Shown: piece by piece, positions 1 to 11,963 of the stretch
How positions within the stretch are numbered: position 1 is the stretch's first letter
How the letters are laid out: each line of letters starts with the position of its first letter
Assembly (NCBI GenBank): GCA_973895155.1
Contig: OZ316894.1
Span: forward strand, 4,364,944 to 4,428,943
Direction: 5' to 3'
Source of the DNA: Marsupella aquatica
Taxonomy: Eukaryota > Plantae > Marchantiophyta
DNA length: 64,000 nucleotides
Notes under the pieces: generated by a model
Seen by the model: the letters and a program-made list of their open reading frames with translations, nothing else
What the model was told of the DNA's origin: nothing
Database searches by the model: none
Translations under genes and position numbers: made by a program

Positions 1-1439
1 ATGGAGCAGAGAAGGGAGAAGGTGAATGCAATGAGAGATTTCTTTAAGCTTACTCCCGAAAAAGCTGAAAAGCTTCAAAGTACACTTGGACCTATAGTGA
101 TCCCAAGATCGCTAACGAAAACCACTGGAAACAAAGAGCTCCAAGATCTTCTTCCTGGAGTTTTCAAGAGTTTGATCTGGTCAATCAGGGCTTCTGTGGA
201 TGAAAAAGGTAATCCGGTGGTGATGCAACTTGATACAAAACTTAGGTTTTGTTCAAGTAAAGGATTTGGAACTGCTGAATTTTTAGATCCAATCGTCTTG
301 GAGTTGAAAGAAATGGCAGCATTCATATTCTTTGATGCTACCATGATGTCTGGAGTAAGTTCAATGACACGAAAGACATATGAAGCATTCTTTGATGCTA
401 CAATTATCATTGGGTCAAAACCATCTCATGTTGTGGTAGTGGTATCAACTGCAATCGATGCTTTTTTTGTGATGAGTGCTATTTCAGCACACCCACATTA
501 TGTTGCCTTTACCACACAGTACCAGACAAAATCTAAATCGTCATCTTCAACATCGACAGTTTATCATTCAAATTGTCTTTTTGTGACTTATGCATTCTTC
601 AAGATGTCATTCACTGAAGAATGTGAAGCAGAAGAAATTTCGACAAAAATTCTGTTAAGCTTTAAGAAAACAGGATTCTTGGGGAATTACGAAGAGACAA
701 CAGAAGATGTTGCAGAGCAGACTCAACTTGGGGAGAAGAGCAGAATATTCTACGATAACTTGACTTCTCAACTTGTTTCATTTGACAAGCTTTCAGTTTG
801 TTTTGGAGATGGCCTGGAACATCTTACTGACTCACTTTTGGTATGTGTTTCTAAACCCAAAACCTTAGAAAGTCTATTAAATTTCTGATTATATTCTAAT
901 CCCAAGAAAATATTAAAACTTTGATTGTTTTGCAGAAATTAGGAGCTCGGGTACGTTCATATTGTAATGAGTCCAACCACGAAAGCCTGACACAATTCTT
1001 TTCTTCCACAACCCAATCTGATGAGCCTGAAGAAGCACCGTGTGAACTACGGAGTATTTTGGTGAAAAATATTTCCAGATTGATGAAGTATAATTTGGCC
1101 AAGAAGAACATGAGAGAAGACATTGTTGGGCTTTGCAAAGATACCCTCCACCTTGGTGAAAGTAGTATTGCTCGTGTGATCAAAGAATATGGATTGGATG
1201 ACACTCATGAGTCAGATGATGAAGTCTACAAATTTCTTGTTGATGTACCAACTGGTCCACTTGGAGGTTAATATATTAACCATACTTTTTGATAAACTAA
1301 ATTTTTGAGTAACTTAAGATAAATTTTGAATCAATAAGTTCTCAAATAAATTATATATATGATTTAAGGTAGAGTGATTGATTTATAAGAATAGCTGCGC
1401 ACGAACCATGGTTTGAACAAGTTAAACTTATGAAATTAG

Positions 1440-1565
1440 ATAAGTTGAACTTGTGGAGTTAGATATTTAAAATGCATCAATCATGGCTCTAAGTATGCAA
1501 GTTAGTTGAACTTGTGAAGTTAGATATTTAAAATGCATCAATCATGGTTCTAAGTATGCAAGTTA
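1440..1565. repeat. Intronic tandem duplication (~61 bp x2)
   Basis: agttgaacttgtg..gttagatatttaaaatgcatcaatcatgg.tctaagtatgcaagttag occurs twice in succession. Confidence 0.85.
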
Positions 1566-2593
1566 GAGATAGACTCATTCATATAGAGTAGAACAACTCA
1601 TGATTTGAACTTGTAAAATGAATTTATTAATTCATTTAATTTATTTGTTTTGTGGAACTTGAAAAATGAGACATAATATAGTATGAACCATGGTTTACAC
1701 TTGTCATATATACATGTAGTCATCAAAGACAAACAAAACAACTTGATGTCTGAAGAATGACCATTGATAATTAAAAGTCAATCCATTCATTTATTTATCA
1801 CATTTATTTATAGTTCTTTGTTTTGGTTGACTTGTTTTGGTTGCAGGAGAAAGTGATCTTGTTGAGGATGAGGACGAAGAGGACAACATTGATCCACCAA
1901 ATGATTCACAACCATTAAATCTGGATAACATGGAATCACAAGATGATTCAATGAAAATTCCTGACTCGTTCAGGGCTTTCCAAACCGAACCAGAGTTCAA
2001 TGTTGAACAAGAGGCAGTTTCAATGGCCAAAGAACAAGACTCTACGGTCTCAACTCTAGACCCAAACAATGTTAAAAATATACAATCAGATTGTAGCCTT
2101 GTTAGGGTGCAAGAATAAAAAAATAAAATTACATATGATGAAACCAAAAATACAAATGAGCAAAGAATGATTGTCCGGAAATTTATGTGGGAAAATTACA
2201 TTCCTGATCAGGAAACTAGTCGACCCGGTCATATTTCTAAAGCTGATTGGGATGAGTTTTTTCAAAGCGAAGCTCAATTCCATGGGTGGAAAGCAAAAGC
2301 ATACTGGGCTGAAGCTTTGACTCGTCGCTCCGGTTTGGAAACCCCTGAACAAATCATTAATTTACAAGACAATATCTACTATGCATCAGAAGTATGTGAA
2401 ATGGTTGGAGACCCTCCTATCCATATTTTTGCCATTCAAAGTGAACCTGAAAGCACTATTCATGAGTGGACTTGGATGAAGCAGTATCAACTAACCTCTA
2501 GTAATTCTATCTCTACCTCTATAGAGACAGTGCCCGTGTCCAACCTTGACACACCAAATACATGTGCAATCAACAATTCAACGGTGGAGCAGA

Positions 2594-2749
2594 TGGATTT
2601 GTTAGTGATCAAAACTAACATTTTGGACAGGTCTACCATAACAACAGAGCCAAGAAGCATTGAAAATGGTCTGGATTTGTTAGTGATCAAAACTAACATT
2701 TTGGAAAGATCTACCATAACAACAGAGCCAAGAAGCATTGAAAATGGTC
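2594..2749 (+). repeat. In-frame coding tandem duplication (~78 bp x2)
   Basis: DLLVIKTNIL(D/E)RSTITTEPRSIENG is repeated twice in ORF 2167-3555. Confidence 0.9.
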
Positions 2750-3843
2750 CAGCGGTGGAGAAGATGGATCCTTCAGAAGTTGAATCTAATATTTCAATGG
2801 ACAACGGCATATTTAAGCGATTGCACAACATGACAATGGGGAGGCCGGTTTTTGCACAACATTTGGAGCCAAGAAATGTTGACACCAACCTAGCAGTGGA
2901 GCAGATAGATCATTTTTTGGATGTGCCTTTCACATCAATAGAGGCAAGAAATGGTGACAATAGTCAAGTGGTGGAGCACAATAGTCAAGTGGTGGAACAG
3001 ATGGATCCTTTTGAAACTAACGTCTTGCACCTGCCTTCCACTTTGACAGAATCAAGAAATGCTCATTTACATGTGGATCCGATAATGGTGTCTCACACAT
3101 CGTTGGATTCTATAAAAAATGGTGGTGATCCTAGAATGATAAGCAATTATAAAGTAATGGAGCCTCTAAGGGGTGGGAGTAGTATTTTAGAGGAGCCTAA
3201 GATTGTTTCACCAAACAAAGAAAGCCATCCTAGGATGTTCATTGATACTTTGCCAGAATCAAATGTGAAAGAAATTGTAGATTGGGAAGAGGAGGCATCT
3301 GCTGCAGCCTACGCTGATGGATTGAATGAATTGCCACCTCCTTTTTTGGGCATCCCATTAGTTTCAGCTTCTTCTCATGGAGATTGTTCACAAACAACTA
3401 CCGCAACAAAAATAGTGCTTCCTAAGGCCGATTCCAAGGTGAATCCAGTTCGGGCCACTCGGCGGGATTCAAAGCGATCTTCAGTGATAGAGGCGGTTAC
3501 TATACCGCCAAAGGTGAAGAAGATACCTCAACAGATTTTGCGAAACAAGAAGTAATGATTTTAGGGACCTTTTGTTTAGTTGTTTAGGTCCACTTTGAAT
3601 CCAAATTAGCAAATTTGCTCATTCTAAATGTGAATTGTGTACTTTCGTTAAGTTCAACTCTTTCAACTGAAGTAAATGTTGAATGTTCAAAGCGTTGTTA
3701 CCTATTAATGTGTTTCAAAGCTATTTATAACGTACCCCATTATTACACACATGGAATTTATTTATAGAACGAACCATGGTGCATGGTTAACTTAAATATT
3801 ATATACACTTGGGTACTATTATAAATCTTGTGTTGTGTACATG

Positions 3844-3892
3844 TTTAGGGTTTAGGGTTTGGATTCCATGTTTAGGGTTTAGGGTTTAGGGT
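3844..3892 (+). repeat. Short interstitial plant telomere-type repeats (TTTAGGG)
   Basis: Several tttaggg units in two short blocks. Confidence 0.8.
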
Positions 3893-4033
3893 GTAGATTC
3901 CATGTTTTTAATAACCAGGGTATATTTTAGACTAACTAACACATTTATTTGTAGAATGAATCATGGTGGGTAGTTAATTTATGACATATTTTTGGGTACT
4001 ATTCTAAATCTCATCTGTTTGTATTGTGTACAG

Positions 4034-4582
4034 GTGAGAGTTGAAAATTTATTAAGGAAATTACTTGTCATAAGTATCAACAAGTTCCTCATTTACACAA
4101 CTGGGGTCTCTCGTCATTTGAAGAAGACATCATCTTTCCGAGTGTATAACAAAATGATCTTCCCGAGACCATATAAGCAAGAATTTCTTGAATTTTGCAC
4201 TTCAACTTTTGATGTGGTTCTTTGGGCACTCACTGACGAATGTGAACTGGCTGATCAAATGGATCCAATACTCACAGATAAAGCTTTGAGTTTTTCTGGT
4301 CTTAAGTTTCTTACATCAACTCTGATGGACATGAAACAGATCAATGATATTTATCCACAATATCAAAGACAAAATATTATATTTTTAGAGTGTTATCCAT
4401 CATTTGATAGCGTAAATCCAACATATTCAAGGCTATATCCCAAGTCGTATTATGGTAATTGCAAAGACAATTTTCTTAGAGGCACACTTATTCCATATTT
4501 ACGTAAATTAGAAGATTCTGATCAGACAACACATAGTTTTATTAAACATAATTATCCTACTTGGTCTGTAAACGACCAATGA
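4034..4582 (+). CDS. FCP1/NIF (HAD-like) phosphatase-homology exon, probably catalytically dead
   Basis: Starts at acceptor tacag|gtg. Contains KLLVISINKFLI (DxDxT position lost), RPYKQEFLEFC..FDVVLW and LYPKSY.G...DNFL. Paralog of 16324-16857. Confidence 0.75.
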   Translation: MRVENLLRKLLVISINKFLIYTTGVSRHLKKTSSFRVYNKMIFPRPYKQEFLEFCTSTFDVVLWALTDECELADQMDPILTDKALSFSGLKFLTSTLMDMKQINDIYPQYQRQNIIFLECYPSFDSVNPTYSRLYPKSYYGNCKDNFLRGTLIPYLRKLEDSDQTTHSFIKHNYPTWSVNDQ

Positions 4583-6217
4583 ACCACAGCTTGTGTGGTG
4601 CATGTAGTATTTAGAATATATTCAATTGTATTTTTTGGATCATAATAAAGGTGACCTTATCCAAGTGAATGATTGATATTTATGAATGATTTTGATTGTG
4701 ATGTTTTGCCATATGTTTACTCGTCGAGCAAAAATTCTAGTGTTGACATTCATTTTTGGAGCATGTATTAATATACTTTTATTCCAATTTTCTTCAAGAA
4801 TGTTATTTATAATGGACAGCAAAACCCCAAAGAATTAGAACGCAAACAACACAACTATCCATGAACAAGTGGAACAATTCTCACCAAGAAAACTAGGGAT
4901 AAATATTGATTTTCATACTTAGAGTATGGTTTTTGTTAGCGGACTATAATAATTTTTCCCTTGCAAAGCTAAAGGATATTTTAATTTTCAAAACATTTTT
5001 ACATAATCCTATTTTCCTTAGAATGTCGCTCTTGTGTTAAGGAGGGTTTTGACTTATTTTATTATAAAGGAACATTGTTAAGAAATCATATTTTCCAGAG
5101 AGCATTGTTCTTGTCACAAAGAGTGCTTCAAGTAAGTTTTTCCATTGCGGAGCTCCAAGAAATCATGTTTTTCAATCAAGCTTGAAGCATTGCTCCTGTG
5201 ATAATAAGCACTTCGAATACGTTGTCGTTGTAAAAGTACTGAAAATTTCAAATACACTGTTAAATGTAAACTTTCACTCCATTCTATGCATGTTTTAAAT
5301 TCACTTTCATGTGCATAATCTTTAAAGGTAACTGAAATGTAGGTAAACAGTCAGTAAGAATTATTATCTAGAATATCTCATTGTTAAGTGGAAACTGCTC
5401 AGTTTATGTGTCACATTCCATAGAGATGATGACAACTTCCATTCCATCCAAGCTTTGGTTTTGTACAAACCATGGTTTACTGTATGTTTAGACACTTAAA
5501 TTGGTTTATTTGGTGTAAATTGCCACTAATCACATGTGATTAAACTTGGATCCATAGGAATGACCTATAATAGTAGTATTTTGTCGATGTTATGAAACAT
5601 ACTATACTTTCAAACTAGAGGAAAAGAGTTAGTGGAATGGGAAAAAAGGAAGTCTTAGACACTTCCCCCTTATATAGTGTTTTAAAAAATAAATAAATAT
5701 TATTAAATTAGTTAAATAAATTAGTAATAACTTTATCAAACTTCATTTAAGCATTTCTGGAATTGAATATTCCACTTTTATCTAAATAGGGGTTTATACG
5801 TTGTTAAGCTCCGGACTGTTGTCGGATGTCGTCCGGAGTTCCGACGGGATCAGATAACGTCGACTTGTGTGACGTTAACTTTACGTCCTTTAAGACACGG
5901 TAAGTTACCTCGTATATCACGTTGTACCTTACATTACGTCATACTAGACGTGGTAATTTACCTGTTCCCATAAGACGTAAACTAGAACGATGTATAGGAC
6001 GACGTTCTTAAGTTTAGGCGTTTGGAACGACATATCTGCAGATGCGTCGTCATTGAATACCATACGTGCATCGGGAAAAACGACGTTATTTCCACATATC
6101 AGCGGAGGACAGATTGAACTATAGGCGGGAGGCTCACTATAGCCAACATTCCCGAGTGAAGACATCAAAGGTCCTCAGTGTGGAGAAGTTGAACCGTGGG
6201 AGGCAAAGACTTCAGCT

Positions 6218-6757
6218 ATGGTGCGGAAGTTCTTTGCAAATGTGCATTGTTGTTTCCTCCCACTTGGTGAGGAGGAGAAGATGGTTCGAGGGTTCTTTTG
6301 CCGTGGAGGGCTTGTTGACAAGCTATGTACCTCACAGACCGATTTCTTGATTGCAAATACGTGGAAACAGGTTGTGGAGCACTTCAGTGACTATGCTGGC
6401 TTGATCGAGCATTTCACTGAAACCGTGCCCTTCATCTCTACTCAGTGGGTAGAGTGCTCCATTCTTGCCAACAAGCAGTTGGATCTAGGAGAGTTCTTGT
6501 TGCATCCGAGCAGTGATCATGGTCTGGAAGATTCGCCCGAGGATGATGATGGTGAGGCCTACCCTCCCACCTTGTCTAAATGTGACCTGTCACCCATTGA
6601 ACTTCAGATTGCTATGTTTGATTACAAGGAAAGTTGTGCAGCCGAGGTGGAGGCTCAGAGGCTACAAGCCGGTGAAGCTGTTGTGCGGAAGAATTGGAAT
6701 GCCAGCCAAAGGCGTGCTTCATACAAGAAGAGGAAAGCGGACGAGGAGTACTACTAG
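6218..6757 (+). CDS. BRCT-domain protein (CACTA cargo)
   Basis: FANVHCCF..RGGLV..TDFLIA..PFISTQWVECSILANKQLDLGEFLL fits the BRCT pattern (GG turn, W..C helix), followed by an acidic and then basic tail. Intact 179-aa ORF. Confidence 0.7.
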   Translation: MVRKFFANVHCCFLPLGEEEKMVRGFFCRGGLVDKLCTSQTDFLIANTWKQVVEHFSDYAGLIEHFTETVPFISTQWVECSILANKQLDLGEFLLHPSSDHGLEDSPEDDDGEAYPPTLSKCDLSPIELQIAMFDYKESCAAEVEAQRLQAGEAVVRKNWNASQRRASYKKRKADEEYY

Positions 6758-7429
6758 TCTGGAGAAGGGACTCCTTAATCAACATCAGTCTAGAGGGAGG
6801 GTGTAGAGGGATGACCATGACTCATGTAGGCTACATTTGCAGTAGAAAGGATGGTAGAGCTATGGTGTATCTCTATTTGGTCTATGTGCAGCAATAAACA
6901 CATCCATGAGTGCTATTTGTCGCAACAATTGTGTGGTTTGAATGTTGTATCTTTTGCCTGTGATTAACGTCAAAGAAAATTTAGTACGTTGACTGAACCG
7001 TCGTATCTAATTATTAACGTCGTTCTACTCGAGGTAATATATTTTCGTTGCGCCATACATCGTTAAGACCATCATTTTCACCGTGTTACAACGTATAGAA
7101 GGACGTAATAAACCCTTATAACGTTGACTGATGGTTCGGTACACGACGTTAACTACCATTACGTCAAATGTGCGTAGCTATAAACAACGTTAGAGAATTT
7201 GGTATCGACGTGCATTGTTTCAGACGACGTTAATGACAGTTATCCCTTGTAGTAGAAGGTCGAGGGATCATGTCCATAAATGTATGGTTATTACTTGTTT
7301 CTTTACCAAGTGATTTTAACAAGCCCATCCCACTCTCCAAATTGACAGATGCCTAGGCCATGAAATATGTCTGTTTATATGCGAACCATGACAACAGTCA
7401 ATACAAATGGGGATAGTGAGTCTATCATG

Positions 7430-8038
7430 TCAATCCTCATCGTCTGCAATAGCTGATGGCATGAAGCCCTTCCTGCGGCGTGGAAAGATGGGAATCACAA
7501 TGGACCATCCTCCCATGCTGTGCATCGGAACCATAATGCATTGATCCACTTGGCTAGGAAAAACTATAGTGTCACTAAACTCAATCCCGCTTGGTGCAAC
7601 ACGGGTTGTGTCCACACGATAAAATCCACACTCATCCTTCACCATGGTAGCTCTTGCTGGAGGTGACATGATGGACTTGTGCCACCTCACCTCTAACACC
7701 GTGGTGGTAAATGAGCCAAAATTAACATCCAAAATATCCAAGACAATGCCACAATAAGGAACCTCAACATCACCGACATCGGTCACCATATATACTCCAG
7801 AGTTACAAGTACTCTTCTTCATATGGTCCGTCCTCCAAGTCCGAAAGTGGTGCCCTGACTCATACATGTGAGTATGACTCATAGCCCACATTGAAGGCCC
7901 CCTAATGATGTTCTGTACATCAATGGGAATGAATGTAGGGCCATGCACTGCAAGGAGACCCTCCATGCGCTCCAAGGCCCATATGCAAAATGATGCATGA
8001 ACACGCTCTCGTGCTGCCCCTATCCGCTGCTGCTCCAC
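7430..8038 (-). pseudogene. C-terminal (DUF4216-like) remnant of CACTA transposase
   Basis: GHHFR..NSGV..YCGIVLDIL..DECGFYRVD..FPSQVDQC..WSIV matches the C-termini of the transposases ending at 43860 and 49063. Confidence 0.85.
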
Positions 8039-8059
8039 CCATGCCTTGCAAGTACTAGG

Positions 8060-8689
8060 TCACATATACATTAGATCCCAATTTGTGCCAACCACTTGAG
8101 CATACCTAGGGTCTAGCTTGACAGACATGCCATATCGACCAAAGGTTGGACATTGTCGAGACAAGATGCGCCATCGCTGTGCAGAATACTTTGGCCCATA
8201 GAATGGAAAGAGCTGAGGCAAGTCCTCGGGCTCACAACCATTAGGGACCACAATATCTACAAGTGCAAATAATCCTAATCCTACGTTAGGGCCCAATGTG
8301 GAGGGAAGGAGGACCCAAGGGCGACCCCAGACTATGATAGGTTCCCTGATTGGAAGGTCCAATGGGAGCCCAAATTGGGTAGGGAATGAGTCCTTTATGA
8401 TGTCCAAGGCTCTCCCACGTAACTCTCTTGGTTCCCGGGCACTAGATGCATCAAGAAAAGGGCAATGGGGTGGCCTCATCCTAGGCGGACGAGACTCCAA
8501 CGACCGTGGTCTAGTACTGACCACTACTCCCCTCTCAATAGGGTGCACACGTGCCACCCTCACCCTATCAAATACACGGTCTATTGCCCGTAAGGTGGCA
8601 TCTAGTGCCGATGGGGGGACCAGAGCTGAGAGCGCTCGACGTGCAACCTCTCTCATGCGGTCCTTAGGGGGAGACCGTACAATAAGAAT
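8060..8689 (-). pseudogene. Truncated SET-domain exon of CACTA element 1
   Basis: WGRPWVLLPSTLGPNVGLGLFALVDI..LFPFYGPKY..RYGM is homologous to the N-half of the SET exons at 39537 and 44829. The C-half is deleted. Confidence 0.8.
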
Positions 8690-8818
8690 CTGTTCCACAT
8701 GTATGCAACAAAATGTTCAGAAAGTGAGAAACATGAACATTGCTCAAGAAGCCAACCTACCCCAACCTAGTAAAAGTTAAAGTTACTCAAAATGGTTGTG
8801 CAAAAGGATAAAACTTAC

Positions 8819-9365
8819 CTCTGGTGTCGGTGGAACATAACGACCGTGGATCCCTAAGTGGCTAACGATGGTAGTGCTCTCGTGAGATACAACGCCCTTG
8901 CATCGTCTACAAGGGCAAGGCATCTTGCGGACTGGTCCAATACCATGAAGAGCAGCCATGGCCGCTCCAAACCCCTCCTCCACTGGCGAAGGTGAGCTGT
9001 ATGCCTGGGGCTCACGTGACCGCCGGCGACGGTGTGACCGATGATGGCGGCTCCTCTCTCTCCTTCCGTCCTCATGACTGGGACGGTGATGACGTCAAGA
9101 TCCACTAGTCGTCCTCCGGGGCAATGACTCACGACCCCTGCTCTTTGGTGAATAATCCCTCATCTACGGCGAATAATCCCTCCTATCCAGTGAGTCATCC
9201 CTCCACCTATCCGGCGTATAGTCCCTCCTCCTAACCAGCGAATGATCCCTCCTCCTATCCGGCGAATAGTCTCTACCCCTATCATGATGCCGGTATCTAG
9301 AGCCAAGACTCGTATCCCCATCATCTCTCTCATCAGACAGAGAGTCCGATGCATAGATCACCATG
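8819..9365 (-). pseudogene. First coding exon of CACTA-1 transposase: R/D/S-rich repeats plus transposase-associated domain
   Basis: MPCPCRRCKG....I..HL..HG motif, ending at donor gag|gtaagt; interrupted by stops. Confidence 0.7.
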
Positions 9366-9815
9366 CCCTGCAACAAATTGAACCATCTTTGATTAATGCG
9401 TAGGGAAGGATCCAAACCCTAAACCTACCACACAAACCCTAACCCTAAAGTACAATGCCATACAGTACGTTACAAGGCCTTAACGTCGTTTTTCGAAGAA
9501 ACCCTAACATTTAACGTCGTCAATGGACCCGCAAACAATGACCTTTAAAACACTAAGTACGATGTTTATCCAGATTAACGTCGTTAAGTACGATGTATTA
9601 TGTACATCGTTTCTCGTAACGACGTCTGTAACAACGTAAAATCAGGAAAACGGCGGATCCGCGAGGTTAGGCATCCCCGGTCATTTCCTTTGGGAAACAT
9701 TGGGGGAGTATCGAGGGAGTGTTTGAATGTGACTCACATTCAACATTCCCCACCTCTAGTCCTTACCTCTCCTTGCCTCCTCTACCTCACATAATCGCTC
9801 ATAGAATAGTCTACC

Positions 9816-11963
9816 ATGTCGTATCCAGGCTATCTTCCCTATAGTGTGAACTTTGATGCACTGAAGGTGGGTCTGGAGGATCCAGAGGAGTTGGAGAAGG
9901 TGCATCGAGCCCTACGTTCGACACATTCACTAGTTCAAGCATTCAACCACAGTTGGCAATTCATGGGAGGACAAGGAACAAAGGAGTCCAGGTTTATAGA
10001 ATACCTGGAGAGTATTGAGGCCAACACTCCTGCCGACGAGGAGGGGGCCGAGATTGAGGAGGGGGCCGCGATTGAAGTGCCTAAATCCGCGCCCGAGTTT
10101 GATGGGGCATCAATTGATATGCTACCTTCGTTCCCGAGTCTACCAGACGATGGTTGGGATGATCCTGCCTTCACTGGGATTCAACTAGATTCTCAGGCAG
10201 CAGCTCGAACTCCTATCAAGAGTCAAGTGACAATCCCACATGAGAGATACAGGCCAGAAGATGATAGGAGGGACCATCGGCAACATAGGAGGAGGAGGAG
10301 GCAATCTCGTTCTTCATCAAACAGCAGCACTGAAAGGAGAAGGCAAAAGGGGAAAGGATCCAATGACCACAATGCAGGCACTTCTAGCAAGAGACGTAGG
10401 GGAGATCGACATACAAGAGCAGAGAGGAGAGAAGACCACTCACGATCGTTTCCTCCAGAGCGGCGACGTCCTTCTCAGCAAGTTGCAGCTGCTTCTGCCA
10501 ATAGGGAGCACCTTCCCACCATCACCCTTGCCGCTTTTGATGCTAGGCCGGACGTCATGGATGAGAAAGCACTCACGAACAGAGTGCAGACGTGCGTAGC
10601 TAAACACTGTCCTGGTTGGACTACTTGGAAGGAGCTTGTGCATAACCAGAAGAAGTTCCAATTGCTCCTGAATGACGTGCAGGCTGGATTCAGAAATGGG
10701 CGAGAGATTGACTACCGCCACATTAGGAAGAAGATTGTGAATCACCTAGCTGATTGGCGTTTCAGGTGGAGAGCCAAGGTCCAAAAACTGAGATGCTTGA
10801 GGACAGGGGATTACAAGAAACCTGATGGGATGAGTGAAGAGGACTTCAAATTGATTGTCTCCGAATTGGAAGCAGCCCCAGACACCCCAGTTGGCAAGCG
10901 AGTGCATATGGGAGACAAGGCCACTGCTGTTCGAAAAGCAAGTGGCAAGAAGGTGACTAATTTTTGGGGGCAGGGAGGATGGGGAGGATTTCTTGCAACC
11001 TATGTAAGTGCAATGACTCACTCTATACTCATTGAAGTCTGCATTCGCCAGTTCGTGTGCTGCTGCGGTGTAATCCTGTGATTTACATCGTTTTTTAGTA
11101 TTAACGTCGTCTTGGCCGCGCATTACCCACCCTCTTACTACGTTTTTAGTATTAACGTCATCTTGGCCGCGCATTACCTTTCCTCGTACGACGTTTTCTT
11201 AGTAGTACCTCGCTTTGAACTACGTTAGCACTACATTAACGTCGTACTGTCGACGTTAATACTATGGGGTCCCCCTAAATGTCTTAATGGACAACGTATG
11301 TATTAGTAACGTTGTATGATGATAGGTAAATAACATCGCCCTGAATGACGTAAGTTCCCTTTGCTGCAGAAGCAGAAGTATGGCCGAGATGCCGAGCCGA
11401 GTGAGCAGGAGCGGCTATACTCTAAGCGATATGGCCCGGCAGCCCTATGGGCAAAGCTTGACTCTGTTCCGGAAGACCACCCGGTAAGTGTGCTAGCTTG
11501 TTCAGTACCATTCCATAGACCTAGACTAAAACTGTATCTTATGCAAACCTAGACTGAAATTGTATCTTGTGCACAGGTGGATTGGACTGCACCAGAGGGT
11601 TTAGTAGCACGACCCATTGAGGAGGATGAGGAGCCCAACACTGTAACCGTGGAGGAGGGTACCCAGGAGGAGGACCCAGTACCTTGCGGTCAGCAGGGCT
11701 CCACTTCTCGTGACCTTTTCCCTGCATTGGAGACTCATAGGGCCAGAGGACAAGGAAGGGAGAGACAGAGGGAGGAGGGAGATAGAGATAGAGAGAGAGG
11801 GAGAGATAGGGATAGAGATAGGAGAAGGAGGAGTGGTGAGAGGCGGTCCACTAGGGTAACACGTAGCATTAGGCAGATAGTGCCAAAACCTAGAGGCAAG
11901 GCTCCACCCTCGACTGCACCGGAACCAGAAGGCAGTAGCAGTGCCTCAAAGCAGGATGCATAG
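9816..11963 (+). CDS. CACTA ORF2 (TnpA/Ptta-like), 3 exons: 9816-11003, 11370-11483, 11577-11963
   Basis: Canonical GT/AG junctions in phase 0. F(R/K)NG..ID and GQGG....F|intron motifs are shared with ORF2 of the other two elements. Confidence 0.7.

Larger units (their letters stand above)
1..3555 (+). pseudogene. 3' part of a multi-exon cargo gene (degenerate DNA-MTase-like region plus acidic/low-complexity tail), paralog of the 17074-22962 gene; 5' part lies outside the window
   Basis: Exons ~1-840, 936-1267 and 1847-3555 have GT/AG boundaries, with one in-frame stop at 2116-2118. The peptides LRFCSSKGFG/AFIFFD/EKSRIFYDNL..CFGDG/VRSYCNESNHE align by eye with FRLRSISGFG/NFFFFD/EKSTEFYQYL..CFGEG/VRSYCSIESHE of the minus-strand paralog. 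Confidence 0.7.

Noticed and set aside
3844-3892. True telomere
   Set aside because: Only a few interstitial units, located within an intron-like region.
7240-7260. Possible CACTA right end (ttgtagtag) making the BRCT segment a separate element
   Set aside because: It lacks TAGTG, and no partner TIR or TSD was found.
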